From: Verrucomicrobiales bacterium
Lineage (GTDB): Bacteria > Verrucomicrobiota > Verrucomicrobiia > Verrucomicrobiales > V1-33
Assembly (NCBI GenBank): GCA_031411295.1
Contig: JANOAV010000145.1
Span: forward strand, 1-14,193
Reading direction: 5' to 3'
Length of the DNA: 14,193 bases
The position numbers were made by a program, and so were the translations under genes. Below, in pieces: positions 14,078-14,193 of the stretch. The first letter of the stretch is position 1, and each line of letters opens with the position of its first letter. The notes under the pieces are model-generated. The model had not been told where the DNA came from. It did no database searches and was given only the letters and a program-made list of their open reading frames with translations.

Positions 14078-14193
14078 ACTTAACAGCCATAATGGGATTA
14101 CTTAGTGAGGCGTCTGACGGCGAAGCCGATCATGGCGAGATAGACAAAGGCTTCGTGGTGACTGGGTTTGCGCTCGTGGTCGCGCACGAGGCG
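14059..14193 (-). mobile_element. End of an IS5-family (IS1031/IS427-like) insertion sequence
   Basis: Begins GAACCTGTCCGGCAAATAA directly after a TAA (14056-14058), a plausible 3-bp target site, and contains the transposase 3' end. Confidence 0.75.
14098..14193 (-). CDS. IS5-family transposase, C-terminal fragment (runs off the right edge)
   Basis: The minus strand reads RLVRDHERKPSHHEAFVYLAMIGFAVRRLTK*, matching the RRL.RDYER......A.I.LAMI....RRL C-terminus of IS5-family transposases. Confidence 0.9.
   Translation of the reverse strand, partial: RLVRDHERKPSHHEAFVYLAMIGFAVRRLTK

Overview
The window is probably a whole contig bounded by two insertion sequences, from a PVC-group bacterium and most likely a verrucomicrobium (inferred from the protein C-terminal tail, the cytochrome type and the tmRNA tag). 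In order: the 3' end of an IS630-family transposase, whose terminus cuts into a giant (~2,300 aa) Cys-rich surface protein with HYR, 7x SBBP propeller, carbohydrate-binding-like, TSP3-like and short C-terminal modules. Next come a convergent penta-haem cytochrome c with a PA14-like insert and a 140-bp MITE-like element carrying an inverted REP-like doublet. An eboC/eboD-like pair (UbiA prenyltransferase plus DHQS-like sugar-phosphate cyclase) is followed by tmRNA (ssrA; tag ANSNTELALAA). Immediately after ssrA is the apparent edge of an integrated element: an IHF site with arm-type repeats, a lone phage terminase-small-subunit-like gene, and the start of a DUF499-type (anti-phage-associated) gene interrupted by an IS5-family element. 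All family calls are from motif recognition; no searches were run.
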